Source: Octopus vulgaris (lineage: Eukaryota). From it: a stretch of 64,000 nucleotides of DNA. The notes under the pieces were generated by a model. The model was not told the DNA's origin, made no database searches, and saw nothing but the letters and a program-made list of their open reading frames with translations. The stretch covers positions 27,218,001 to 27,282,000 of the forward strand of contig OX597823.1 in the NCBI GenBank assembly GCA_951406725.2, read 5' to 3'. This document shows positions 28,042 through 41,759 of the stretch, piece by piece. Within the stretch, counting starts at the first letter, position 1. Each line of letters opens with the position of its first letter. The translations under genes and the position numbers were made by a program.

Positions 28042-28042
<1 letters not shown>
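27742..28042 (+). mobile_element. SINE family C, full length, tail type 2
   Basis: tRNA-Arg-like head GAGGCGCAATGACTCAGTGGTTAGGGCAGCGGACTCGCGG...GGTTTCGATTCCC; followed by (TATC)n. Confidence 0.88.
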
Positions 28043-28110
<68 letters not shown>

Positions 28111-28120
28111 CTCTATCTCG

Positions 28121-28215
<95 letters not shown>

Positions 28216-28224
28216 TGTATGTAT

Positions 28225-28406
28225 CGCCATGATTGACCTCGAACTCCAAACGTTTTTTTTCTCTCTGTTTATTTTTTCGTGTTCCTTTCTGTTGAAGAGC
28301 GAAGGCTCGAAACTTAAAAGACTTTGTCACCTTCCCAAGTGTCAAACTAATACACCAGCATGTTGTTTATACACCTGTCTTTCTCTTTTGTTTTCCTGTA
28401 AATTTC

Positions 28407-28410
<4 letters not shown>
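28225..28410 (+). mobile_element. PLE-type terminal repeat with hammerhead-like motif (28285-28320)
   Basis: CTTT-CTGTTGA-A-GAGC-gaag-GCTC-GAAACTTA-AAAG; homologous to the 1538 and 45500 copies; ends at (TA)n. Confidence 0.65.
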
Positions 28411-28447
<37 letters not shown>

Positions 28448-28469
28448 TATACATATATGTATGTGTGTG

Positions 28470-28777
<308 letters not shown>

Positions 28778-28808
28778 CACATATATATATATATGTATGT
28801 ATGTATGT

Positions 28809-28908
<100 letters not shown>

Positions 28909-29205
28909 CTTTTTATTGTAGCCACACAGGGCTAAACACAGAATAAAAATGGACGAAATACAATATAGAATTTTTTTCTTTTCGAGGTGTGATGGGTGGG
29001 GCACAAAAAAAACAACAAAAAAACGTTTGATCAATAGGGATTTGTGGGTTGTGTGGTGTATAAAAAAGCAATATATATATATATAAAGTTCACAGTTTAG
29101 GTGTAGCCTTGGAAAAAAAAACCTACAAAAAAGACCAAGGTCACCTCAGACAGTTCGAAAATGAACACATGAGTAAGTCGCCTTACTTCTCGTTGTCTCT
29201 TTTGG

Positions 29206-31966
29206 TTACAGATTTATGCTTAAAATAGTGTCGTCTTTCATACTGACCATTTTAGCCACTTTTACCCACTTTTTATTAAAACATTCGTTCGACAAAGCCT
29301 TCCTCTCTATTCTCATCCTCCTTTTTAAGTGGTACTTGAAAAAGTTGACGAGAGACTGACCAGAGAGGAATGTGTTTTTTTGCAGTCCTTTCAAACGCGT
29401 CCACCACACACATTCTTTCGCCATAGCCATCAGCGTAACGAAAACCATTTTCCCTACCCGTTTAAAGGGAGGTGGTGGAACAACAATCACGATAGACTCG
29501 GCCGATAGGCGGGCCCGACCTACACGTGACAACAGCTGTTCGACGAAGGTCCACAGCTCTGAAATATCTGGACACTGCACGAGTGCGTGCAGAACGGTTT
29601 CGTCGCTCTGACCGCATCTCGGGCAGGTCGGTCCGGTGATGGTTTTCGAACCGTGCCTGTAGCTCTTCTCTCGAACAGGTAGTGCGTCTCGATAGCACTG
29701 CCAAGCCAGGGATTTCTGGAAGTTATCCATAGGCCCCGGCCCGAACGTCGTCCTAAACAAGCGGGTTAGGAATTTCTCGTCGACGCCCAGGTTTGCCCCG
29801 AGTGTGTCGTCGGATCTCCCCTCCACTAGTCCTCTATAGAACGCTTTAGTCGTTTGTAAGTTGCACAAGTTTGACACTCTCGGTGCCAATCGCCCAGTTT
29901 CGGTCTCTTCTTGATCCACGTTTTCAGTTCGGTCAGTGAGACGAGCTGCGGGAAGGCGCGCCTCACAAACGGCGCCCACACCTGTTCATCATCGTCGATG
30001 AAGTTCCAGAGATGTCGCAGTCTCAGCGCATGCCTGCGCATCATCGACCACGGCATGCCCAGTCCTCCATTCAACGGATGTTGACAGCAAATGGACTTCC
30101 TCACCATCGAAACGCCACCCTTCCACAGGAAGCGGAAGAGTATGCGTTCCAGTTTGGTGATGGTGACGTCGGGACAAGGTACAACGGTCAGGCGGTAATC
30201 GATGACGGATGCGATGTACGCGTTCGCTACCTCCGCCCGGCCTTTTAGAGACAACTTTCTCTCGGCCCATGTTTGGCTGAGAGCGACCACTCTACTCGTG
30301 ATCTCGTCCCAGTTCTTATCCATTTGGAGGTCCGGACTGAACCAGACCCCGAGCAATTTAACCGGTTTACTAATGACAAGCGCCAACCTCTTGCGTTGAG
30401 CAGAGTGATGGGCCTGAAATTATCTATAAAACTTCCCTTGTTTGGGTCTTTCTTCAGCAACGGCACTGCACCTCGGCTCACGAAACCGGGGATTCTCCCG
30501 TTTTGTTGCCAGTTGCAGTAGACTGATGCCAAGAGGTCGCCAAACAAGTCTGGCATTTGACAATACAGCTCGCAGGGTAAACCATCCAATCCAGGCGACT
30601 TATCCCCCGCGCAGCCCGCCATCGCATCCCGCACGTCAGCGGCTGTGATGGGACTTTCACAACACTCCGCTTCTCTTGCCGAGAGCCGTGGCAGGTCGGT
30701 CAGGTAGGCACTGAAATCCATCCCGCGTTCCGACCCACCCCTCGCACCAAACAGTCGAGCAAAGTGCTGTTGAAAGGCCTCACACATCCTTTCGGGTTCG
30801 AGTAAACTGCATCCCTGTTGATCTATTAGAGACCGAATGGTGGCTCTGTTGCCACGCTGCGCCTCCGCTACCCGGGCCTCTCGCGCAGCTTCGATCCCTT
30901 CGTTCCTTAAGGCACGCATTTTAGCTCAGACGACGCAACCTTCGTGCTTGGCGTTGAAGTGTTGGTCGAGGGCCATCCTCGCAGCTAGCACGTTGGTTGC
31001 ACTGCCAGTGGTAAGTGCCTCTTCTAGTTTCTTAACCAGGTCTCTCTCTACTCTATTTTGATCTATCGCTAATTCCTTGCTAAACCTAATTGATTCCGAT
31101 TTTATTGCCATTTTCAGGGCGTACCACCAGCGGTTGTTAACGACGGCTCCCGTCAGCGCCCTCTTAATTAACTCGCTAATACGGTTCCTGTAAACCTGTC
31201 GTGCTAAGAGCGACGTGTTCAGTTTCCAGTAACCGGGACCCTGTCCATGTGTCTTATCTAAGTCGAGCGTACACGTCACAAATTTGTGATCTGTGTAGCT
31301 GACTGTTTTAAATTATGGACATCCTACACTATCCCTATCCGCTGTCCTGCATAGAATTCTATCTAGATAAGATCTCGACGATCCGACGCGGTTTGTCCAA
31401 GTCCACGTTGGCAAGTTCGGATGGTCGAGTCCGAACCTGTCAGATAGTTGGAAATGTCTGAGTAGGTCTTTGAGGCACTTACACCCCCTTCTATTCCTAT
31501 CCATTCTCACATAATCTAGATGCGTGTCCAAGGTAGCGTTCCAATCCCCTACTAACAGTAAAGGTATAGACATACCCAGGAAAACCTCTAGACGTCTGAA
31601 TAAATCCGCCCGACCCGTTAAGGACGGTGCATAAACTGCCATCAGACGGAATGCACACCCATTTCTGCCATCTACGTCCAAGACAACCAGCCTACCCTCC
31701 GGGTCTAGGAATATTGTTCTTACTTTTACATTTAGACTCTTTCGAAAAAGCACCGCGGTACCTCCACCACCCATGTTCAGCAGACAGGGAGAAAAATAAA
31801 TGTCGAATTGATCGCCAAACATGGACGCGAGGGCCCGCGGCTTGCTGAGTCTGGTTTCACTGATAGCTACTATATCCACGTTCAGTGACTTGATGTCGTT
31901 TAGAAGGTAACCTTGCTTCCAAGCCGACGCTAAGCCACGCTCATTCACACAACCTAATTTAAGCAT
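29206..31966 (-). pseudogene. Tx1 ORF2 (APE endonuclease, RT, C-terminal CCHC) with frameshifts and deletion of the RT core
   Basis: ISET, AVYAP, GDWN, SYLDR, GPGYWKLNTSLL, KSPGLDG, NFRPITLLN; then a jump to PVKLLGVWF (no QG/YADD); CPRCG..ETVLHALVQC. Confidence 0.9.
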
Positions 31967-32040
31967 CCTTGACGTTTACGAAAATTGTGTTTCACACACT
32001 ACATTGGAAGAGACAAGAGGCAAGAGGGAAGGTCACTTAC

Positions 32041-33939
32041 TCATTTCGAAAGTTTCATTTTTTCTTCTTCTTTTGTAGTGTATTTGATGAGGTGTTTGTA
32101 TAGTTTTTTGGAGAGGTATCGTTGAAACCCGCCTACCGCATTTGGAAATATTGTTTTCAGTGTATGGTGTTGTGTTTGTGTTATGTGTACAATTCTTATG
32201 TGTTTCGGTGGTGTGGTTCGCGGATGATTGTTTGTCTTAAAGTCATCTTCACAGATGTCCGTGTTGGATGCAATGTAATCCATTAATTTTTTATTGTCTG
32301 TGTCTATTGCAGTTAGTTGTGTGTGTGGTTTTGCGGGTTCATTGATTTTTTTATTGTCTAGGGCGATGCTGTCCGGAGTTAAATATCTCCCTGCTTTACT
32401 TCCTTGTTTGGTGGACTTTTTTATCTTTTCCTTTTACCCCCAGTGGATATTTGCCATTCCGTCGAACTTTCGTCGTCCGACGAATCAGAAGGGGGTAAAG
32501 GCAAAGGATTTGCGTTAATATGTATGCTTGTAGAAATTGTTGATGTTTTGTGCGGTGTTTGTGTTGTTGTGGTGTTAGGGGCAGAATTTGTCTTCTCGTC
32601 ACTGTTTTCTGTCTTTTTAATTGTCGTCCTCGGTGTTGGTATTGGTCTATCTTTTGGTTCAGTATGTTGAATTGGTTGCGACGTCAACGGTGATTGTGTT
32701 CGTACTGTTTCTTTTCTTGGTGATGTTGTTGGGGTTTGTTTGCTGGTTTGTTGTTTTTCTTGGCATTGTTCCATAATTGAGTGTGTTGGTGTTGGTGTTG
32801 GTGTTGGCAACAAGGGTTTTTTATTTGTTTTCTGATTTGTTCTTTCTTGTTTTTTCTGTGCCAGAGCGCACTTGGCAATTAAATGTTCTGCGCTGCCACA
32901 GTTGTAGCATCTAGACTTTTTGCTTTCTGCTACAACATATAGGCTTCGCCCATTTTCTAAATGGATCCTATCAGGTAGGTTCTCGATAGAGGACCCCTCA
33001 ATCTGGATGGTCACTACTATTGTTTTACCACCCCAATTGTCGTTTTTGTACACGGCTGTTTCTAATATATTTATCTTTTTCAAATGGTAACAGATTGCCC
33101 CTGTTATCCATTTGTTAGGTATCTCGGGGGTACATTTTTAATGCTAATTCTACTCACTCTCTGGCCTTTGTAATATGGTACCATGATGATTTCATCATTT
33201 TGCAAAGACTCCGTAGAGTGAGCTTTTGCCATTTCCTGGTTAGGGAAGCGGACCACCACTGTATTAAACTGGGGACCCCAGTTTATATATATATATATAT
33301 TCATTATGCTTTTTAAACACTTTTCTATGTCCGTTTTTGTAAGCTGTTCATTTTGTTTTTTGTTTTTTCTTATAATTTTATTTATAATTGTCTTATTTTC
33401 TATTTGTTCCTTTATGTGTTGAGGTGTATGCAACACTAAATCCTGCCCTTTGGTTGTAAAGAGTGCTCTCGTTTCTATTAACTCTTCATTCGTAAATTTT
33501 ACTATTTCTTTTTCTGACGCAGAGTGTCAGCGAAATTTACTGGTGTTGTTGATTCTTTTATATTAACATCTTCACTATTAGATAGTAAGATATTTATTTC
33601 ATTTTTATTGTTCTTGTTGTTGTTGTTGTTTTTGTTAATAGTATCCGCGTGAGTTTCATTTTTATCATTTATGTTGGTCGTGGTGGTGGTGGTGGTGGTG
33701 GAGGTGGTGGTGGTAGCAGTAGTAGTCTCGTTGTTGCTGTTGTTAGTGGTGGTGGTTGTGGTGGTGGCTGTGGTGGTGACAGGGCTGTTACCGCAAGTGG
33801 TTGCAGCGTTCACTACCACGTCATTCAGTTTTGCACTTTGCGTGCATAAGTTCTTTTTTTCTCCTAGCGTTTCCAGACTAGGTAAATGCTGGTCCATAAA
33901 GGAACGCGACCAGCGTTCTACAATAACATTTCTCGACAT
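32041..33939 (-). pseudogene. Tx1 ORF1 (gag-like, zinc knuckle), frameshifted
   Basis: CYNCGSAEHLIAKC knuckle; RRM-like segment 33104-33436; T/N-rich low-complexity N-terminus. Confidence 0.8.
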
Positions 33940-34138
33940 TTTTTAATGTCGAGATGAAAAATACACAAATTAAATAGGGTTGAAACTGCCCCTAGGGGCG
34001 AATTCCTCCCTTGTAAAAGCACTCAAACGAAAGTTGGGTGCCTTACACACCTTATTTACAAAAATGTACACAAAATATGGGCTATAAATAGTCAAGATAA
34101 ACGATTACCTTCGGAGCCGAGGTGACATCACATCCGTC

Positions 34139-34237
<99 letters not shown>

Positions 34238-34577
34238 GTCGTTCCCTCTCTTCTCCGCTGTTAATCCATGCAGACGCATCTTCTTGATATTGTTCTATAA
34301 TGAAATAACGTAACCCGATTTTCAGCATAGCTCATGATTTGCTTTTTTACAATTTTAGTTTTCTTTTCCTTTATTAAAGTTATTTGTATTCCATTATTTC
34401 TTTACAAAAATAGATTTGCACTTTTAGCGCTGACGGTTTATATTAGGAATGTTGTTGCACAAAGCTCGACGTTAAGGTAATTATTATCTTCCTGAATCTT
34501 TTTTTAGTGGTAGAGTCTAAACGGAGTCCTTATTTTACTCAATTTTTCATGTCAGACTACTTCATTTAGTGTCCATC

Positions 34578-34945
34578 TAAGAGGTATTGTTTTCAGTTGC
34601 CTTTGTTTGTTTATCTGTTTGTCCATGGACAAGATATCTCAAGAACCGCTGGATGGATTCGAATGAAACTTTCAGGGATGTTTGACACCGTGACCGGTAC
34701 AAACTGATTAAATTATGGGATCGATCCGGTACAGGACAAGAGGTTTGGATTATTTTTCTGTTTTTTTTTTTGTTTTTGTTTTAGTTAATTTTTGAGTGCG
34801 GTCGAGTTCATTTTAGTATTCTCGTTTTGAGAGTAGTCGAGTTTATTTCAGATACTCTCATTTAAAAACAATCATCTCCGGCTAATCGCTGAAAGGGCGT
34901 TGGTGTTGCCTTGGCGGAGGTTTGCGCTCTCTGAGTGCTCTTGTT
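34578..34945 (+). mobile_element. Helentron-associated/DINE-like non-autonomous element
   Basis: (GTTT/TCTG)n near the 5' end, GGATGGATT..ATGAAACTT core, 3' CCTTGGCGGAGGTTTGCGCTCTCTGAGTGCTCTTGTT hairpin end. Confidence 0.65.
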
Positions 34946-35704
34946 ATCATCATCATCATCATCATCATCATCATTGTTGTTGTTGTTGTTGTCGTTGTTG
35001 TTGACGTTGTCGTTGTTGTTGTTGTTGTCGTTGTTGTTGTTGCTGTGGTGCCTGTTGCTGTTGTTGTAATTGTTGAAACAATTATTATTATTATTATTAT
35101 TATTGAAACAAAATTGAGGTTCAGTCTTATTTCTGGTAGGATTTATGTGAGTATCGGGTTTACTACCTGTAACCCTAGGCATCCACATGTTTTCGGCAGT
35201 CTTTCAAGTGCTTAGAACCCTCCTGATAATCCTTGCTGTCCCTAAGAAGCAAACTTTCTGCACGAGCTCTTCCGGGCAATCTCTAATCCCTTCAATCCAG
35301 TTGTTCCTACGGATTGTTCTTTCTTGGTCTATCAGTCGCTGACCGGATGCTTCAGACCCCAATTTCCATCCCATATGCTCCTCATTCGATTCATGAATCC
35401 TCTTTCATTTGGCTCACTTCTGAGCCAGCATTCTATTACAATTTTGTTTACGTCTATTTCCCATTTCATTGTTGTTGTTGTTGTTGTTGTTGTTCTCCTT
35501 TTCTTCTTCTTCTTCTTCTTCTTCTTCTTCTTCTTCTTCTTCTTCTTCTTCTTCTTCTTCTTCTTCTTCTTCTTCTTCTTCTACTACTTCTTCATCATCA
35601 TCATCATCATCATCATCAACAACTTCTTCTTCTTCTTCTTCTACTTCTTCATCATCATCATCATCATCATCATCAACTTCTTCTTCAACTTCTACTTCTT
35701 CTTC

Positions 35705-35772
<68 letters not shown>

Positions 35773-36020
35773 TAGTAGTATAATAAGAAAAGAAAACTGC
35801 CCTGCACCAAAGCCCATAAAGAAGAGAAACTGACTCAACACAATACCGGGAAGAGCCTGCACACTCGCAGCATCAAAACTGAACGCACAATGCGGTACAC
35901 ACTCTAGCAGCACGGAGATGCAGCTGGCGATGCAGTAGAAACTTGCCAGAAACAACCAATAGTTGTTTAATAATAACAATAATAATAATAGTAATAGTAA
36001 TAGTAATAATAATGATGATG

Positions 36021-36096
<76 letters not shown>
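34946..36096. repeat. Compound trinucleotide microsatellite field (CAT, GTT, CTT, CAG, TAG, AAT) with embedded LINE tails
   Basis: Direct reading; explains the poly-amino-acid ORFs. Confidence 0.95.
35106..35312 (-). mobile_element. 3' fragment of a second R4/Dong-like LINE family
   Basis: EELVQKVCFLGTARIIRRVLST* then a short 3'UTR and (AAT)n. Confidence 0.75.
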
Positions 36097-36097
<1 letters not shown>

Positions 36098-37829
36098 TGT
36101 CACCTCTATCTGATATGCTAAATAGAACTGGATGCGGATATAAATGTTACGGCAAAACGATCAGCCACCTTTTATATATGGATGACCTAAAACTATACGC
36201 TGCAAATTACAAACAGCTGGAAACACTATTAAAGACAGTTCATGGATTTACCAAAGAAATAGATATGAAATTTGGATTAGAAAAATGCGCCAAAGTAACC
36301 ATGAAAAGAGGAAAACTAGTTAAGAGTAACAACATCACACTAGATAAAACCAATGAAATAAAAGAATTAGACCAAAGCCAAACTTACAAATACTTAGGAA
36401 TCCATGAACTAGATAAGACACAACACACACAAATGAAAGAGAAAATAAAAAAAGAATATTATAGACGAGTTAGATCAATACTAAAAACAGAGCTCAATGC
36501 TAAAAACAAGATAATAGGTATCAACACTTTAGCTGTCCCAGTTATAAGTTACAGCTACAATATCCTTAACTGGACACGAAATGAACTGTCCAAAATAGAT
36601 AGGAAAACAAGAAAAATACTGACAGCATCTAGGATGCATCACCCAAAATCTGACATAGAAAGACTATATATACAACGTATAGAAGGTGGTAGAGGCCTTA
36701 TACAGCTGGAAAACTACTATAAAATAACCACCATAGGACTGCAAAAATACCTACTTCAGAAGGAAGGAAAACTGATCCAGATAGCAGCAAAACACGAGCA
36801 AAACAAAAAACTGTTCTCAGTATTTAAGGAAGCTGACAAATACAAACAAGAAATCATACCACCTAATAAACACAAAGAAGAAGAAGAAGATGATGAAGAA
36901 ACAACAAAAGCTATAAAACAAATGAAATCCACACTAAAAATAGAACAGCAACGAGCCATGATAAAACGATGGCAAGAAAAGCCCCTTCATGGTAAATACT
37001 GCACTAAACTAAACGCAAAAGAAATAGACAAAGAAAAATCCCAGCAATGGTTGAGAAGCTCAGGACTCAAAGCAGAAACAGAGGATTTTTAATTGCAGCA
37101 CAAGACCAAAGCCTCCCCACTAGAAATTACCAAAAACATGTAATGAAAAGAAATATTACAAGTAACTGCAGAATATGTGGAGATGGACAAGAAACAATAA
37201 ATCATATTATCTCTAGCTGCCCAGTCCTAGCTAAGAAGGAATATATTCACAGACATGACAGAGTTGGAACCTACATACATTGGAAGCTATGCCAACATTA
37301 TGGAATAACAACAGAAAAAAGATGGTATAGGCACACACCAGAAAAGGTCACAGAAAACGAGAAAGCAACCATACTCTGGGATATGCCGATACACACAGAT
37401 AGAGAAATTAAGGCCAACAGACCAGATATAGTTGTCAGAGATCATGAAGAAAAAAATGCTTTCTAATTGATGTATCAATACCGGCAGATGACAACGTGTC
37501 TCTAAAAGAAATGGAGAAACTCTCAAAATACAAAGACCTGGAAATAGAGATAACTAGAATGTGGAACCTGAAAACAGAAACAATTCCTATCATAGTAGGT
37601 GCATTAGGCATGATAAAAAAATATTCAGACAAATACATAACAAAAACACCAGGACTTACAAACACATATAACATACAGAAAATTGCACTACTAGGCACTG
37701 CACACATCCTACGCAGAACACTTTCCATACAATAACCATCAGAGCATCACAACAAATCACAGCACATACCCAAGGCACACAGAGCTGCGCTCGGTAGTGA
37801 AGTGAAAGCACGCTATAAAAATAAAACTA

Positions 37830-37832
<3 letters not shown>
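36097..37832 (+). mobile_element. 5'-truncated R4/Dong-type (RLE) non-LTR retrotransposon inserted in (AAT)n
   Basis: LYMDDLKL, FGLEKC, YKYLG, GGRGL, AAQDQ, CRICG..ETINHI.SSC, RHD, NRPDIV, KY, PIIVGALG; two -1 frameshifts; (AAT)n on both sides. Confidence 0.93.
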
Positions 37833-37918
<86 letters not shown>

Positions 37919-37947
37919 TGATGATGATGATGATAATGATGATGATG

Positions 37948-37978
<31 letters not shown>

Positions 37979-37992
37979 TGATGATGATGATG

Positions 37993-38023
<31 letters not shown>

Positions 38024-38139
38024 TGATGATGATGATGATGATAATAATAATAATAATGATGATGATGATGATGATAATGATGATAATAATAATAATAATG
38101 ATGATGATGATAATAATAATAATGATGATGATGATGATG

Positions 38140-38186
<47 letters not shown>

Positions 38187-38190
38187 GATG

Positions 38191-38222
<32 letters not shown>

Positions 38223-38244
38223 AATAATAATAATAATAATGATG

Positions 38245-38276
<32 letters not shown>

Positions 38277-38277
38277 G

Positions 38278-38372
<95 letters not shown>

Positions 38373-38404
38373 AAGAAGAAGAAGAAGAAGAAGAAGAAGA
38401 AGAT
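37833..38404. repeat. Long (AAT/GAT)n then (GAA)n microsatellite
   Basis: Direct reading. Confidence 0.97.
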
Positions 38405-38558
38405 AACAACTAAACATCGATGACGAATTGAAGTGTGAAATAATACGAAGGTCGTAGTCAATGAAGAGGGTAGACGTGATTCCAATAGTGATTGGTGCAC
38501 TTGGAAGTATCAGCACTCAACTACCAACATGGCTGAAAAAGACTAGTGCAAGTGTGAA
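38405..38558 (+). mobile_element. RLE-domain fragment of a diverged R4/Dong-like LINE
   Basis: DELKCEI...VDVIPIVIGALGSIS. Confidence 0.7.
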
Positions 38559-38569
38559 TAATAATAATA

Positions 38570-38652
38570 TGCCCTGATGCAGTACCAGGCAGTGGTTCTC
38601 ATGGCTACTCATCTTAACTGATTGTCTTGGTATAAAAGATGGGCTACAGCAA

Positions 38653-38741
<89 letters not shown>

Positions 38742-39187
38742 TACTCTGCTTAATACCACAGATTTACTTGTCAGTTGTTTGACCTTAACCAGTTGAGCAT
38801 GTCCCTTAGTGGCTGACGATATATGCATCTCTGATCACGAGCAGAAGTAGTGGGGGAGCATCATAGCCATGTGTTGAGAGGGATTCTCTGGGGTTTGAAT
38901 AATTCACCTCTGGAAACATGGGTGTTTCGTTCAACATCCTTAAACAACCCTTATTCAGGGACCTTTTGTGCGGGATGGGCTACTCGACCAGAAGAAAATT
39001 TTACTGGGCCCCACCTACAAGGTCATGTGCTGTGTATCTTGATATGAGATCACCATGTCGCGCACATATGGTTGTGATGCATGTGCCTAGTGTACCGTTA
39101 TCAGACGGGTAGTCATGATGGGTATACTGGGCTTCGTATATTTTACCCCCAGTGTCAATTTGATGGCATGCACTGCTCTCTCACTCA
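38570..39187 (-). mobile_element. Non-coding, probably non-autonomous element in (AAT)n, split by an internal (AAT)n tract; HDV-like fold near its 5' end
   Basis: Relatively GC-rich non-coding block bounded by AAT repeats; 38570-38655 and 38741-39187 appear contiguous. Orientation inferred from the fold. Confidence 0.55.
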
Positions 39188-39202
39188 AAAAAAAAAATAA
39201 TA

Positions 39203-39243
<41 letters not shown>

Positions 39244-39245
<2 letters not shown>

Positions 39246-39343
39246 TAACCATCAGAGCATCACAACAAATCACAGCACATACCCAAGGCACACAGAGCTG
39301 CGCTCGGTAGTGAAGTGAAAGTACGCTATAAAAAATAAAACTA

Positions 39344-39346
<3 letters not shown>
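39244..39346 (+). mobile_element. 3' tail-only copy of the 36097 Dong family
   Basis: Nearly identical to 37731-37832; flanked by (AAT)n. Confidence 0.9.
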
Positions 39347-39399
<53 letters not shown>

Positions 39400-39565
39400 A
39401 CGGAAGTGTAGCAGGTGATGCAGTAGAAATTTGCCTGAAACTACCAAATGCTGGACAACAACAACAACAAAAACAACAACAATAACAAAAACAGTAATAA
39501 TCAACCAGAACAAACAAGACCGAGCGCTCTAAGAAATAAAACAACAACAACGACAACAACAACAA

Positions 39566-39620
<55 letters not shown>

Positions 39621-39631
39621 GCTGCTGCTGC

Positions 39632-39773
<142 letters not shown>

Positions 39774-41759
39774 AAGAAGAAGAAGAAGAAGAAGAATACT
39801 GATGAATTTACTATACTTTAGCTATTAATAAATACGTATACCCTACTTAATTATTAATAATTCGTATGGAATCATTCTGTTCAAACTTTTCATTCTTTCT
39901 TATATATTGTATTATGTCTAATTATTTGCCTCCAAAGTATCTGCCAGTCTGTGTTTTATCAAATCATCTTTCTTTTATCTAATCATCTGTTTTTGCCTGT
40001 ATATCTAGCTTTACGTTATAGTTCTTAATTAATTTTCCTCCCTTTGAGATTACTTTTGTCTCCTTTTTTGTTTAATCTTTTATCAGTTCTAATAAATCTG
40101 TACTAGTATTTCTAGCTATTTATCAACTTCAGCTTATAATTTGAAGTCGTATATACACAAAAGATGAGGTGCGTATGAATGACTTGATAAAAATGTCTGA
40201 ATGTCTTCCCAACATTTTTGTATTTGAGTTCAGCTTGTTTTAACTTTTTGGTTAAGTATATTAATGCCAAATAGAAAAGTAATCCAAGAGCATTCTGCTT
40301 TTAATGCAGATAATTAGATTTTTTGATGAAAACAATCCCTCTTTAGTCTCTATCTGTACAACTCATGGCCAATCTTTTGTCTGCATCTGCGTTTTATTAG
40401 CGTATAAAACTTCCAGGATTGTGCGGAACCCTGTCAAAAGCATTTAACGGTTCTTTTTCTTTGGCTTCACTTGTGAAAATTTAAAAGTTTATCGAAAATT
40501 TTAAAATTTTCACGTTGAGTCTCAGGGAATATTTAACCTTTTCTAGAAAATTTTGTTAAAAAATTTTCAAAGGTTTAAAGTTTGATAATTTTCATCCAGT
40601 CAGAAAACAGGATTTGAAAGCTGTTATTTTGTGTGTAACAGCACCTGCTGTCAACTGTAAACACATGAAATATTGACGGAATTCTGCTTTTTGCTCGCCA
40701 TGTAAATCCTCATAATTATTTGTAATTTCCAGAAAATGTTTGCGAATTTTATTCCACACACGGGAATTCATACGATTATGGAAAGGCCAAAACGAAAAAA
40801 ATTTGATGGTGCGTGATTTAAGGCCTATTTAGCTGTTATTTTTAGCACATCTCACCACCACATCAATGAGAATATATTTGTCAACACGTGTTGTCTTGCA
40901 GACAAAAAGTCCTCATGTTTGGCTTGCTTCTATGGAAACAGGCATGACTATCTGTGGCATACGGTTGGTAAAATTTGAGAAAATAGTCAAATTTTGGCAG
41001 TTATTAACTTTTTATTTATTGATTCATAGTGAAAATGAATTTTATGGCATTGATTAGCATATAAAGCTACATCATTACACCGAATATCCAATCTATTCGA
41101 ACAGAAATTGAAGAGATTGAAAATCGGCAGACAAGCAGAAAGATCTTCTTTAGCGACATTTCTTAGTCCGTCTACAGATTTCGGTTTCGGTTTTCTAATT
41201 GAATCATAGAGCCATGTGATACCTCTTTTCCAAATAGGTTATGTTTCTGCGACGCGTTTAAAAACTACGGTATTATCATTTCGGTTAAAGTCCGGTAACA
41301 TGTCTTAAGGTATGATACGGATTAGGAATTTACATGGGTCGTAATTTGTTTGATGTTGAAAAGTGAGATGATTTTTTTTACTCTCAGTGACCCAGTCAGG
41401 CGACAATCTTGAATGCACACACAGACACAGACACAGACACACACACACACACACACAAACATACACATACATGTATTTATGTATACATGTGTGTAAGCAT
41501 GTGTGTGGATGTATGTATATAAGTTTTTGACAAATGCACGTGATAGATTTTATGGCAAGTTATTAAAGTAATTATATAATTTTTTTGAAAATCAGGACAC
41601 GAATATTTTGGAGGGAAATTTTCATATTTATGTCTGAAAAGTTGAATAACGTAAGCGCTTACAATTTTAATAACTTTCAAAAAATATTTCTTTATTTATA
41701 TATATATATATTTCGATAGGTGAATGAAGTATCTTATGCTTACCGTCAACATGGAAAAT

